From Gammaproteobacteria bacterium (GTDB lineage: Bacteria; Pseudomonadota; Gammaproteobacteria; Eutrophobiales; Eutrophobiaceae): a DNA stretch of 64,000 nucleotides. Below the pieces are notes generated by a model that saw only the letters and a program-made list of their open reading frames with translations, was not told where the DNA came from and ran no database searches. This document shows positions 1-11,733 of the stretch, one piece after another. Both the position numbers and the translations under genes were made by a program. The first letter of the stretch is position 1. Each line of letters opens with the position of its first letter. The DNA is taken from contig OZ244905.1 in the NCBI GenBank assembly GCA_965221695.1, forward strand, positions 1,568,001-1,632,000, given 5' to 3'.

Positions 1-1047
1 GTTACTGGACTTGCGGATTATATCGCTCACGCTGATGATACCGTAATCATTGATGTCACTGATCAGATGGCGGTCTACGGCGAAACGTCCCGGCGCTGTG
101 TCTACCATGGTTTGCGGCTCGTACATCCCTGACATCAACGCCGCGGCTATGGTGAACGGCTTTATCGTGGAACCGGGTTCGAATACATCCGTTACCACTC
201 GGTTGCGATATTGGCTACCACTCATGGCGGCGCGATTATTGGGGTTGAACGGAGGTTGCACAGCCAAGGCTAGCGTCTCGCCGGTTCTTACGCGGAGCAG
301 CAGCAACATGCCTCCTCTGGCCTGGTGGTCCAGCACCGCGGTTTGCAGTTCCCGGTATGCCAGGTATTGCAGCCGTTGATCCAGGGCCAGGGCCAGTGTC
401 TTGCCGGGAACGGGCTGTTTGATGTTTTCAATGTCTTTGACAATCGAACCGTACAAGTCCTTCAACACTCTTTTTTTGCCGGGAGCGCCGCGCAACCAGT
501 CGTCATAAGCGAGTTCAATGCCTTCCTGCCCTTCATCATCAATATCGGTAAACCCGATCAGGTGAGAAGCCACTTCACCCAGGGGATAGTATCTTTTGTA
601 CTCCTTGCCGGTATGTATTCCCGGTATTTTCAGAGCCTGAACCCGGCGCGCTGTGTCGGGCAGCGCCTGCCTCTTCAGATAAAAAAAATTCCGCCCCCGG
701 CGCTCCGACAGTGACTGCCTGAGACGTTCCGCCGAAGCGCCCAGCAGACCGGCCAGTTCCCGCAGGTCTGCGCCGGAATCCAGAACCTTAGCCGGCACAG
801 CCCAGATCGAAGAAACCGGCGTGCTCACCGCCAGAGGTTCGCCGTTCCGGTCAGTAATCAGTCCCCGGTATGCGGGGATGGCAACACTGCGCACCGACCT
901 CGCATCGCCTTCGTTAATCAGGAAATCCTTGTTCAGTATCTGCAGATAGAACACCCTGGCTGCGACCGCGGTCGCAGCAATAGCAAACAATGCCAGCACG
1001 AACCACTTGCGGATTGCGGGACTGCCGATGCCGATGCGCTCGTTCAT
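1..1047 (-). CDS. ftsI: Peptidoglycan transpeptidase FtsI/PBP3, N-terminal part (runs off window start)
   Basis: Not in the ORF track because it is truncated. ATG at 1047 overlaps the ftsL stop. Translation MNERIGIGSPAIRKWFVLALFAIAA...IPAYRGLITDRNGEPLAVSTPV matches the PBP3 dimerisation domain. Canonical mraZ-rsmH-ftsL-ftsI order. Confidence 0.92.
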   Translation of the reverse strand, partial: MNERIGIGSPAIRKWFVLALFAIAATAVAARVFYLQILNKDFLINEGDARSVRSVAIPAYRGLITDRNGEPLAVSTPVSSIWAVPAKVLDSGADLRELAGLLGASAERLRQSLSERRGRNFFYLKRQALPDTARRVQALKIPGIHTGKEYKRYYPLGEVASHLIGFTDIDDEGQEGIELAYDDWLRGAPGKKRVLKDLYGSIVKDIENIKQPVPGKTLALALDQRLQYLAYRELQTAVLDHQARGGMLLLLRVRTGETLALAVQPPFNPNNRAAMSGSQYRNRVVTDVFEPGSTIKPFTIAAALMSGMYEPQTMVDTAPGRFAVDRHLISDINDYGIISVSDIIRKSSN

Positions 1048-1307
1048 GGCGCCAGAAATACTCTCGATCCGCTATTCGGCCCCAACATGTCCAACTCTTC
1101 CCTGACTACGCGTTCAATCCGGTCGTTCATTGACCAGGCGCTCTGTTCAAGCTGGAGCCTGCCCCATTCTTCATTCAGTAAGTCCCGCTCTTTTTTCAAC
1201 TGTTCTATTTCCATGAATACCGCGCGCGAGGCATGCTGCGTTGCCACAACCGATAGAGCCGAAACCAGGTCGGCAAGCACAAGGATAAAAATAACAGCCG
1301 GCCTCAT
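1044..1307 (-). CDS. ftsL: Cell division protein FtsL
   Basis: TM helix followed by coiled coil with LNEEWGRLQLEQSAW; dcw position. Confidence 0.93.
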   Translation of the reverse strand: MRPAVIFILVLADLVSALSVVATQHASRAVFMEIEQLKKERDLLNEEWGRLQLEQSAWSMNDRIERVVREELDMLGPNSGSRVFLAP

Positions 1308-2245
1308 TCCAATTTCTCCGCTGCTCTCAGGATTGCGCTGCGGCCGCGCGCGTTATCCAGGTTTGCCTCTCTTCCCGTCTTGATCGGCCGTCCCAGCGGC
1401 CGCATCACAGGCTTGATTTGAGCGCTGGGAACAGGCAGGTAGTCAGGATAGTTGTCGGCGCGGGACTGCTGCCTGATAAACCTCTTGACAATCCGGTCCT
1501 CTCCCGAATGAAAACTGATCACAACCAGCCTTCCCCCGGCCCGCAAGACGCCGGTTGCCTGCGACAATGCCGTCTGTAACGCCTCAAGCTCTTTGTTGAC
1601 GTGAATCCGGATTGCCAGGAACGAGCGCGTCGCGGGATGTTTGCGCCGTTCAACGCCGGGGACTGCCGCCTCGATCAGTTCGGCAAGCTCCCGGGTGGAT
1701 GTTATCGCCTGTTTCGAGCGCTGATCCGTAATGGCCCGGGCAATGCGACCGGCATATCTTTCCTCGCCGTAATGCCGCAATACGCCTCTTATTTCCGCCC
1801 GGTCTGCCTGATTAAGCCAGTCTGCCGCGCTAAAGCCTTCATCGGGATTCATCCTCATATCCAACCTGCCGTCTCTGATGAAACTGAAGCCGCGAGAGGT
1901 ATCGTCCAGTTGCGGCGAGGAAACCCCGAGGTCAAACAACAGGCCGTCAACCTTGCCATGCAAACCAGCCTGTCCGATAACTTCGGCAAGACGAGTAAAC
2001 GAGCACGGATAGAAACTGAACAACGGGCTTGCGTCAAATTCATCCTGGGCAAACCTGGCTGCTTCCGGGTCCTTGTCAAAAGCGAACAACCGGCCCGGGT
2101 CCTGAAGACGCTGCAGGATCGCCCTGCTATGGCCGCCGCGTCCGAACGTGCAGTCCACGTAACAACCGCCGGGACGAATTGCAAGGGCTTCCAGCGCCTC
2201 CTCGAGTAATACCGGTTTATGCGTGTACCCATTCAACTTCAACAA
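1304..2245 (-). CDS. rsmH: 16S rRNA m4C1402 methyltransferase RsmH
   Basis: HKPVLLEE, DCTFGRGGHS, DLGVSSPQLD, ISFHSGEDRIVK motifs. Confidence 0.97.
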   Translation of the reverse strand: MLKLNGYTHKPVLLEEALEALAIRPGGCYVDCTFGRGGHSRAILQRLQDPGRLFAFDKDPEAARFAQDEFDASPLFSFYPCSFTRLAEVIGQAGLHGKVDGLLFDLGVSSPQLDDTSRGFSFIRDGRLDMRMNPDEGFSAADWLNQADRAEIRGVLRHYGEERYAGRIARAITDQRSKQAITSTRELAELIEAAVPGVERRKHPATRSFLAIRIHVNKELEALQTALSQATGVLRAGGRLVVISFHSGEDRIVKRFIRQQSRADNYPDYLPVPSAQIKPVMRPLGRPIKTGREANLDNARGRSAILRAAEKLE

Positions 2246-2259
2246 GTCTTAGCCGGGGC

Positions 2260-2718
2260 TCACAAGGACAGTGATTGTAGCGCCCCGGCCGGCTCCCCCT
2301 GTTCATCGCCAACCCGGCTCAACCAGTTCTCCCGCTGTTCGTCCCAACTTGCCCTGTTCCATATCTCGAACTTGTTGCCCTGGCCCAGGATAACGGCCTG
2401 CTTGCCGATGCGGGCGTAGTCCCGCAACTCTGCAAGGATCAGTATCCTGCCGTGGGCATCGAGCTGGCAATCGGTTGCATAACCGCGCATCATCTGCTTA
2501 GCCCTGCGGCTCTGTTTGTCGAAGTCCGACAGGTCCGCCAGTTTTTCCTCGATCAATTCCCAGTCAGGCAACGGGTACAACCACAGGGCGCGGTCCAGCG
2601 GGTTGAGGGTCTGCACCAGGCAGCCGCCGGCATCTCCCATAAGCCGTTCGCGATAGCGGCTGGGTATGGCCACTCTCCCCTTGCTGTCAAGACTGACACT
2701 GCTGAAACCCCGGAACAT
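2260..2718 (-). CDS. mraZ: Transcriptional regulator MraZ
   Basis: MFRG...LDSKGRVAIP, second repeat LDAHGRILI; first gene of dcw. Confidence 0.97.
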   Translation of the reverse strand: MFRGFSSVSLDSKGRVAIPSRYRERLMGDAGGCLVQTLNPLDRALWLYPLPDWELIEEKLADLSDFDKQSRRAKQMMRGYATDCQLDAHGRILILAELRDYARIGKQAVILGQGNKFEIWNRASWDEQRENWLSRVGDEQGEPAGALQSLSL

Positions 2719-2744
2719 TGATATACCCTTGTGTTACATTAAAA

Positions 2745-2769
2745 ACCACAATTACCCACTTTTTCCCAC
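2745..2769 (-). promoter_or_regulatory. MraZ operator: three GTGG(G/T) direct repeats at 10-bp period
   Basis: Minus strand reads GTGGGaaaaaGTGGGtaattGTGGT upstream of mraZ, matching the established MraZ binding repeat pattern. Confidence 0.75.
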
Positions 2770-2963
2770 AATAGACAACTATAGGCAACAGGACATTGTC
2801 ATGTCAAGTAAATCTTGCAACTTTTCTGCAAAAATCTGCCAGCGTTACAGGCACTTAGGAGAGGTCAGCGCCGCGCCGGTCGGTTAGCGCGGAGGGATAC
2901 AGCTATACAAATCTTTAAATATTATGCAGTTGTAACGGGTTCTTAATAAAGATCTGAACATAA

Positions 2964-3319
2964 GGGAGTCAGCCTGTAAGCCGGGTTCTGTCCAGGACAA
3001 TCATTCATCTGGGATGCATGTCGCCATACACCTCTTGCGGCCTACCCGGGGACAATGCGGGCCACATTATTGCCCCCTTATTTGGCCTTGCTCCAGGCGG
3101 GGTTTACCTTGCCGTGCCTGTTGCCAGCCACGCGGTGCGCTCTTACCGCACCATTTCACCCTTACCCATCCATAACCGGGTGGGCGGTATATTTTCTGTT
3201 GCACTTTCCGTCGGCTCGCGCCGCCCAGGTATTACCTGGCGCCCTGCCCATATGGAGCCCGGACTTTCCTCTATCCTAACCTTTTGCGGGTTACGACAGC
3301 GATTGTCCGGCTGACTCCC
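2964..3319 (-). ncRNA. rnpB: RNase P RNA (class A)
   Basis: Minus strand starts GGGAGTCAGCCGGACAATCGCTG, contains GAGGAAAGTCCGGGCTCC and ends ACAGAACCCGGCTTACAGGCTGACTCCC; termini pair (P1); usual position between rsmI and mraZ. Confidence 0.97.
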
Positions 3320-3422
3320 ATATGTATATTAGTCTGAAATCGGAGCCTTTACCATCAGTCTTGTCTCCGGGGCGTCGATTGGTCTGGTATCGCGGGCTAA
3401 CGCCCGCGCTTCCAGGGACGCG

Positions 3423-4283
3423 CTATTCGGGTCGACCCGCGCCGCTTTCATCTTGCAAAGCAACAGCAACTTCATATATCTGGTTTTTGCCGACACCCGC
3501 CAGTTCGGCCGCAATCTGCACGCTCTGCCTCAAGCTCAGGTGTTTGAGCAATACCTTCAGCAAGGCCGTCAATTCAGCGTGGTCGTGGTGTTCCTGCCGG
3601 GCGCCGCCAATCACGACCACGAATTCACCCCGGTTTTGGTCCGGGTCGCTCTCGATCCAGTCAAGTAATCTGCCCAATGTTCCATGGCGTATGGTTTCAA
3701 ACTTCTTGGTCAGTTCCCGAGCAATGCACGCTTCCCTATCTGCGCCGAAGATCGTTGCTGCGTCGGCCAGAAATGTCTTGATCCGGTGTGGGGCCTCGTA
3801 GAAGACCAGGGTGTGTGTGATGTCTGCCAACGCCGCCAGGCGCTTGCGTCGAGCTGCTGCCCTGACTGGCGCAAAACCCTCGAACTGGAACTTCCCGGGA
3901 GCGACTCCCGCTGCCGACAAAGCCGCTATCAGCGCTGTTGGCCCGGGCGCCGGCGTCACCGGGATATTTTCCGCATGGGCCTGCCTGACCAGCTTGAAGC
4001 CGGGATCACTGATCAACGGAGTGCCAGCGTCGGCAATCAAGGCAATATTGCTGCCTGTGGCAAGACGGTTGATGATTCGATCGATCATTCGCTCCTCGTT
4101 GTTCTCATGGAAAGCCAGAGTCCGGGCGCTGATATCGAACGCGTTCAACAAGGTTGCGCTGTGGCGCGTATCTTCCGCCAGGATCAGGTCGACGTCTGAC
4201 AGAATTCTGCGCGCGCGGGGGCTCAGGTCTTCAAGGTTGCCAATCGGCGTTGCCACGATGTATAAGGTTCCCGGTTCAGTCAT
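3423..4283 (-). CDS. rsmI: 16S rRNA Cm1402 methyltransferase RsmI
   Basis: LYIVATPIGNLEDLSPRA, DAGTPLISDPG, YEAPHRI, ARELTKKFE. Confidence 0.97.
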   Translation of the reverse strand: MTEPGTLYIVATPIGNLEDLSPRARRILSDVDLILAEDTRHSATLLNAFDISARTLAFHENNEERMIDRIINRLATGSNIALIADAGTPLISDPGFKLVRQAHAENIPVTPAPGPTALIAALSAAGVAPGKFQFEGFAPVRAAARRKRLAALADITHTLVFYEAPHRIKTFLADAATIFGADREACIARELTKKFETIRHGTLGRLLDWIESDPDQNRGEFVVVIGGARQEHHDHAELTALLKVLLKHLSLRQSVQIAAELAGVGKNQIYEVAVALQDESGAGRPE

Positions 4284-4322
4284 TGCCTGTATTTTGCGTT
4301 GGTTTCTTTATACAATAACCGT

Positions 4323-5895
4323 ATGCCCGCTTTTCTCAAAATCCTGCTGCTGTTTGCATTGTTGCAGGGCTGCGCACTGGAGGTCAGAGAGACTGCGGAA
4401 ACTACGCAATCAGCACAGGAAAGAGAGCAGTTGGCGCGCGCGCATCAAGAACAGGCGCAGCGTCTCTGGTTACGGGCGCAGGAGTTCGAACAACAAAGGG
4501 ATTTTATCAGGTCAGCCAACGAACTTATCAGCTATCAAGCCTACCTTGACCAGGACGCCGATATCAGGGCCAATACGGCGAAAATCTGGGGATTGCTGAA
4601 CCGGGCCGACAGGAAATCACTGGAACAACGCTACGGGGCCGACCCCCAGGCGCTGTCAGGCTGGTTGGAACTTGCTGTAATCAAACGGACTCTGCTGTCC
4701 GACTCCGAAGCGCTGGCGCGCGCGCTGGTATCCTGGCAGGAAAACCACCCGGCACATCCCGCTCATTCAACCATCATCGGAGAACTGCGCGCGTCTGCGC
4801 TGCTGTACCAAAAACGGCCTGGCAAAATTGCCCTGCTGCTACCGCTGCGCGGCGCATTTCGGGAAGCTGCGGAAGCCGTCAGGGACGGCTTTGTCTCTGC
4901 CTGGTTCAATTCCGGACCTGAGCGGCCTCCGGTCATGATCTATGAGGCGAACTCGCTGAATATCAATCAGGTTTATTCCAAGGCGGTGACTGAAGGGGCG
5001 GAGTTCATCGTGGGACCGCTGGAAAAAGAGGCGCTGACAAAGCTATCCGCCTGGCCCGGCCTGTCCGTGCCGACGCTGGCCCTGAACCAGGCCCGGATCG
5101 CCCCCGATATTGCGGCCAACGCCGATGCAAGCATCTTGCCTGCCCTGATACAATTCAGCCTGTCTCCGGAAGATGAGGCGCGCCAGGTGGCGGAACGGGC
5201 TTCTGCGGATGGCCGGCGCCGGGCGTTGGCCATTGTTCCCGCTGATGAATGGGGCCAGCGTCTGCGCCGCGCGTTCCGGGAAAGCTGGTCTGCTTCGGGT
5301 GGAATAATCCTGGAAGTAACAGAATACGACCCTCGTACTGACGACTACGGCGCCACGATCAAACAGTTGCTTAACGTTGACGACAGTGAGTATCGGACAC
5401 GAAGGCTTCGGCAAACGCTGGTCAGGGGCCTGGAAAATCGCGCGCGCCGGCGTCAGGACGCGGATATGATCTTCATGGCCGCATTCCCCATCACCGGTCG
5501 CCAGCTCATCCCGCAACTACGCTTCCACGACGCTGGGCACATACCTTTGTATGCCACCTCGCATATATTCACCGGCATCGTAAACGCGCAGGCTGATGCC
5601 GACATGAACGGCGTTGTCTTCCCCGACTTACCATGGATCCTGGCCCCTGAAAGTGAAATCTCTGCAATCAAGACCCTCATCAACGAGAATTTCAGGGCCG
5701 ACTCCTCCGTCTATCAGCGCTTGTATGCGTTCGGTGTAGATGCCTTTAACCTTATTTCGCAAGTAAATCGCCTGGCCTACGAAGACGAGGCTGAGTTCCA
5801 CGGGGCTACCGGGATTCTCAGCATGGCCGATGACGGACGAATAATCAGAAAACTACCCTGGGGTAAAATCATCAACGGCAAACCGGAATTGCTCG

Positions 5896-5906
<11 letters not shown>
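4323..5906 (+). CDS. lpoA: Penicillin-binding protein activator lipoprotein LpoA/LppC
   Basis: Lipobox LQGC; KIALLLPLRG, GPLEK, RLYAFGVDAF motifs; divergent from rsmI and upstream of yraN. Confidence 0.9.
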
Positions 5907-7482
<1,576 letters not shown>

Positions 7483-7542
7483 CCGGGTGCAAGACAGATG
7501 GGGACGGCGTAAAATACTAGTACTTGCGGGCGCTGGTACTGC

Positions 7543-8181
7543 TCAGGCTGATAAGCGTTCGCACATCTCGCATTCCGCTTCCGTCATGCTGGATTGAAAC
7601 GCTTTGCGTTCGAACAGCGCGCGCGCGTATTTGAGTAATGCCCGGCAACTGGAAGGCAACTTGATGTTGTACGCTTCCAAGCGCCACAACAGTGGAGCCA
7701 TGCAGCAGTCTACCAGGGTAAATTCTTCAGACATAAAATAAGACATGTTGGAAAAGATGGGGTCTATCGCCACCAGGCTGCTGCGCAGAGTCTTTCTAGC
7801 GCTGGCAGCCGCAATTTCATTTTCGCTGTTGAGTTCTTCAGCCATTTGATAAAAATCCCGAGTGATGCGATAACGCAATTGTCTGTTAATGGCTCGGGAC
7901 ATGGGGTCAACCGGCATCAGTGGTGGATGCGGAAAGCGCTCATCCAAATATTCCAGAATGATTTGGGAGTCATAAAGAACAAGCTCGCGATCCACCAGTG
8001 TAGGCGTAGTGCCGTATGGATTCAAATCCGCCAACTGCTTGGCAACCTCATCTGTCTGAGTGAACTTGACGTCGGTTTCAATTTCTTTTTCTGCCAGTGT
8101 CAGACGCACACAGTGGCTAATCGGACTGGTCGTGTCCGAATACAGCACCAGCACAGGACCTCCGTTAAGTATGTTAATCAT
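7543..8181 (-). CDS. sspA: Stringent starvation protein A (GST fold)
   Basis: LNPYGTTPTLVDRELVLYDS, YLDERFPHPPLMPVDP; ATG overlaps petC stop. Confidence 0.93.
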   Translation of the reverse strand: MINILNGGPVLVLYSDTTSPISHCVRLTLAEKEIETDVKFTQTDEVAKQLADLNPYGTTPTLVDRELVLYDSQIILEYLDERFPHPPLMPVDPMSRAINRQLRYRITRDFYQMAEELNSENEIAAASARKTLRSSLVAIDPIFSNMSYFMSEEFTLVDCCMAPLLWRLEAYNIKLPSSCRALLKYARALFERKAFQSSMTEAECEMCERLSA

Positions 8182-8972
8182 TTTATCTCTCGCCAGTATT
8201 CTTGCTTGAGCAGGTAGACGATGACCAACAACACCAACAGGTAAACGATTGTCCAAACGCCGATGGTCTTGCGTTTCAGCTTGATCGGCTCTCCCAGGTA
8301 GACCATGAAATTGACCAGGTCGGTGACTGTCTCCTCGTAGCTTTCATCCTGGTAAGGTTTTGGCTTGTCCAGGGGTTCGGTGACGACCTCGAGGTAATCA
8401 ATCTCCCTGGTGATCTTGTCATCCTTGCCAATCACTTCCTTGTACACGGGTTCCTGCCAGCCTTGGAGTTGCCAAAGCACATGAGGCATGGCAGTGTCCT
8501 GAAAAGCCAGATTGTTAACGCCATTGGGACGGGATGGATCCACATAAAATGTCATGAGGTAAGTGTACAACCAGTCCGCGCCGCGGGAACGGGCAGTTAC
8601 TGACAGATCGGGCGGAGCGACGCTGAAGTATTTCTCCGCCTCGTGCTTGCTCAAGGCAATGGTCATTGTATCGCCGGGTTTGTCGGTCCCGAACATAAGG
8701 TTTTCCTTCAGCACGCTCTCGCTGATATTCAGGTCCTTGCCCAGGCGGTTATAGCGCATGAACGAAGCCGAATGGCAACTGAGACAATAGTTTACAAAGG
8801 TGCGGGCGCCTCGCTGCAGCGATTTACGGTCGGACAGGTCAACCTCGGCGCGCATCATCTGCTCGTCGCCGGTAGCTGACAAACAGGGATTGGCCGGCAA
8901 CCACAACAGGAAAAAAAAGGTCCATATGAAAAGCCGACCACAATCTGACATGGCAACGCGCAAACTCATCAT
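8178..8972 (-). CDS. petC: Cytochrome c1 (bc1 complex)
   Basis: CLSCH heme motif, PPDLS, C-terminal TM anchor ending EYWREIK. Confidence 0.95.
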   Translation of the reverse strand: MMSLRVAMSDCGRLFIWTFFFLLWLPANPCLSATGDEQMMRAEVDLSDRKSLQRGARTFVNYCLSCHSASFMRYNRLGKDLNISESVLKENLMFGTDKPGDTMTIALSKHEAEKYFSVAPPDLSVTARSRGADWLYTYLMTFYVDPSRPNGVNNLAFQDTAMPHVLWQLQGWQEPVYKEVIGKDDKITREIDYLEVVTEPLDKPKPYQDESYEETVTDLVNFMVYLGEPIKLKRKTIGVWTIVYLLVLLVIVYLLKQEYWREIK

Positions 8973-10189
8973 GTCACCCTTTGCGGCACAGGTTTGTCAT
9001 TGTCGGATGCAGTGTAAAACGGCATCAACAGGAAAAACAGGAAATAGATCAGGGTGAAAAACCGCGCCATCCAGGTGTAGACAGTGGTGGCGGGTTGCAG
9101 GCCAAGCCAGCCCAACACCAGAAAACTGATTGTAAACAGGGTCAGGGCAGTCTTGTACTTCCAGCCGCGATAGCGAATTGACTTGACCGGGCTCCGATCC
9201 AACCAGGGCAGGAAACAGAACAACAATGTCGCTGCGCCCATGGCCAGCACTCCGCCGAGCTGGCTCGGCACGGCCCTAAGGATGGCATAGAACGGCGTGA
9301 AGTACCACACCGGCGCGATATGCTCCGGTGTTTTCAGAGGGTCTGCGGGTATGAAGTTGTTCGCTTCGAGGAAGTAACCGCCCATCTCCGGTTGAAAAAA
9401 TACGACCGCGCAGAAAATGATCAGGAACACCACCACACCGACAATGTCCTTGACGGTGTAGTAAGGGTGAAACGGAACACCGTCCAGCGGCACGCCGTCG
9501 GGACCTTTGTGGTCCTTTATCTCGATTCCGTCCGGATTGTTCGAGCCCACCTCGTGCAGAGCGAGCAGGTGCGCGCCTACCAGACCGCACAAAACCAAGG
9601 GGAAGGCAATGACATGCAGGGAGAAAAACCGATTCAGGGTCACGTCAGAGACGACGAAATCGCCCCTGATCCATAGGGCCAGTTCATCTCCTACAAGCGG
9701 CAGCGCGCCGAACAACGAGATGATTACCTGAGCTCCCCAGTAGGACATCTGTCCCCAAGGCAGCAGGTAGCCGAAAAATGCCTCGCCCATTAGGGTAAAG
9801 TATATGAGCATGCCGATAATCCACAGCAACTCCCTGGGCCGCTTATAGGAGCCATAGAGCATGGCGCGGTACATGTGCAAGTAGATCACGATAAAAAACG
9901 CGGAAGCGCCGGTTGAGTGCATGTAACGGATCCACCAACCCCATTCGACATCGCGCATAATGTATTCGACTGAGGCAAACGCATTTTCCGCGGACGGCTT
10001 ATAGTTCATGGTCAGCCAGATACCGGTGACGATTTGGATCACCAGAACAAACAGGGCCAGCGAACCGAAGAAATACCAGAAATTAAAGTTTTTCGGGGCG
10101 TAATACCGGGCCAGGTGGTCGTTCCAAAGCTGTAGCAACGGAAAGCGCGCGTCCACCCAGTCCCGCAATGCAATCAGAAATTTCCTCAT
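8969..10189 (-). CDS. petB: Cytochrome b (bc1 complex)
   Basis: YAPKNFNFWYFFGS, LPWGQMSYWG, PVWYFTPFYAILR. Confidence 0.97.
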   Translation of the reverse strand: MRKFLIALRDWVDARFPLLQLWNDHLARYYAPKNFNFWYFFGSLALFVLVIQIVTGIWLTMNYKPSAENAFASVEYIMRDVEWGWWIRYMHSTGASAFFIVIYLHMYRAMLYGSYKRPRELLWIIGMLIYFTLMGEAFFGYLLPWGQMSYWGAQVIISLFGALPLVGDELALWIRGDFVVSDVTLNRFFSLHVIAFPLVLCGLVGAHLLALHEVGSNNPDGIEIKDHKGPDGVPLDGVPFHPYYTVKDIVGVVVFLIIFCAVVFFQPEMGGYFLEANNFIPADPLKTPEHIAPVWYFTPFYAILRAVPSQLGGVLAMGAATLLFCFLPWLDRSPVKSIRYRGWKYKTALTLFTISFLVLGWLGLQPATTVYTWMARFFTLIYFLFFLLMPFYTASDNDKPVPQRVT

Positions 10190-10791
10190 GACTGCGCGCC
10201 CCCGGAATCATCTCCAATCAATACCCGGGTATCGCTTAGATACTGGTGCGGGGGCACAACCAGATTGGTGGGCGCAGGCACGCCCTTGTAAACCCTGCCG
10301 GCCAAGTCAAACCGGCTCCCGTGGCAAGGACAGAAGAAACCTCCGCGCCAATCATCACCCAACTGATGGGACGGACCGTCTCCTTTGCGCACATGCACAG
10401 GCGAACAACCCAAGTGGGTGCATATTCCCACCACAATCAGGTAATCGGGTCGTTGCGAGCGGTATTCGTTGCGCGCATAAAACGGTTGTTGTTCAACTTC
10501 GGAGTCCGGATCTCTCAAAAACTCATCCATCTGGTCCAGATCGCCGATATCCTGTTCAGCCCGGCGCAGGATCCAAACCGGCTTGCCTCGCCATTTGACG
10601 ATTTTCAGCTCTCCAACCTCCATATCGCCGATATCCACCTCGACCGGCGCGCCGATAGCCCTGGCCCTGGCGCTGGGACCCAACGTGGACACAAATGGCA
10701 CGCTGACGCCCAACGCGCCCGCGCCGCCTACGACGGATGCGGTAGTGGTCAGGAAGCGGCGGCGTTCAGTGTTGACTCCATCATGCTTCAT
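10186..10791 (-). CDS. petA: Rieske Fe-S subunit (bc1 complex)
   Basis: Tat signal ERRRFL; CTHLGC and CPCHGS. Confidence 0.97.
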   Translation of the reverse strand: MKHDGVNTERRRFLTTTASVVGGAGALGVSVPFVSTLGPSARARAIGAPVEVDIGDMEVGELKIVKWRGKPVWILRRAEQDIGDLDQMDEFLRDPDSEVEQQPFYARNEYRSQRPDYLIVVGICTHLGCSPVHVRKGDGPSHQLGDDWRGGFFCPCHGSRFDLAGRVYKGVPAPTNLVVPPHQYLSDTRVLIGDDSGGAQS

Positions 10792-10947
10792 TCCGTATAT
10801 CCTCAAATTCGCTCTTGCCATGAAAAACTATCAGGGTGTGAAAGTATATCACGAACTGGCTCAAATGATGAATTTGCAATAAGCAATTGCCACAATAACT
10901 GGTATTATGCGATGATCGAAATCAAACAGACAGGAGCCGTAATCCGA

Positions 10948-11733
10948 ATGTATCGCGATTCACTACTTTGTGCATTTGCCGCCATGCTGCTGCTCGGCGG
11001 TTGCGCCTGGTTCGGCGAGAAGGATGATGATGAGGCCAACAACTGGACAGTGGAACGGCTTTACTCCGAGGCCAAGGGCGCGCTCGATTCCGGTTATTAC
11101 AGCAAGGCGGTCGAATATTACGAGTTTCTCGAAACACGCTTTCCGTTTGGCGTTTTCGGACAACAATCGCTGCTGGATCTCGCTTATGCTTATTACAAGA
11201 CGGAAGAGTTTGATTCGGCCATTTCGGCCTGCGACCGCTTTATCCGCTTATATCCACAGAATGCCCATGTTGATTATGCCTACTTCCTGAAAGGAGTGAT
11301 CAACTTCAACCGCGGCAGAGGGCTGACGGAACGTTTTTTACCCATCGATTCCAGCCGCCGGGATCAAAGCTCGGCCTTGACATCGTTTCGCGCGTTTTCC
11401 GAATTGCTGGAAAGATATCCCCAGAGCCAGTATGCCGAGGACGCAAAAAAGCGTATGGTATTCCTGCGCAATCGTCTTGCCAGGCACGAAATACATGTGG
11501 CTGACTATTACATGAAACGAGGCGCATATCTGGCCGCGGCAAACCGGGCCAGGACCGTGGTGGAGTCCTACCCGCGCACGCCTGCGGCGCCCGATGCGCT
11601 GGCGCTCATGGCCAAGGCCTATAAAGTTCTGGAAATGCCTGAGCTCGCGGCTGACACCGTGCGCGTCTTGAAGCTTAACTACCCGGATCATCCGGGTATC
11701 TACGAAATAAGAGACATTGTCGTCGAAGACTAA
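10948..11733 (+). CDS. bamD: Outer membrane assembly lipoprotein BamD
   Basis: CAGGAG upstream of ATG 10948; lipobox LGGC; TPR-like motifs, RFIRLYPQ, YYMKRGAYLAAANRA. Confidence 0.95.
   Translation: MYRDSLLCAFAAMLLLGGCAWFGEKDDDEANNWTVERLYSEAKGALDSGYYSKAVEYYEFLETRFPFGVFGQQSLLDLAYAYYKTEEFDSAISACDRFIRLYPQNAHVDYAYFLKGVINFNRGRGLTERFLPIDSSRRDQSSALTSFRAFSELLERYPQSQYAEDAKKRMVFLRNRLARHEIHVADYYMKRGAYLAAANRARTVVESYPRTPAAPDALALMAKAYKVLEMPELAADTVRVLKLNYPDHPGIYEIRDIVVED

Noticed and set aside
3018-3314. Small ORFs over 3018-3314
   Set aside because: They overlap rnpB.
10246-10947. 495-aa ORF suggesting an N-terminally extended BamD
   Set aside because: The extension is antisense to petA; RBS, ATG and lipobox point to a start at 10948.
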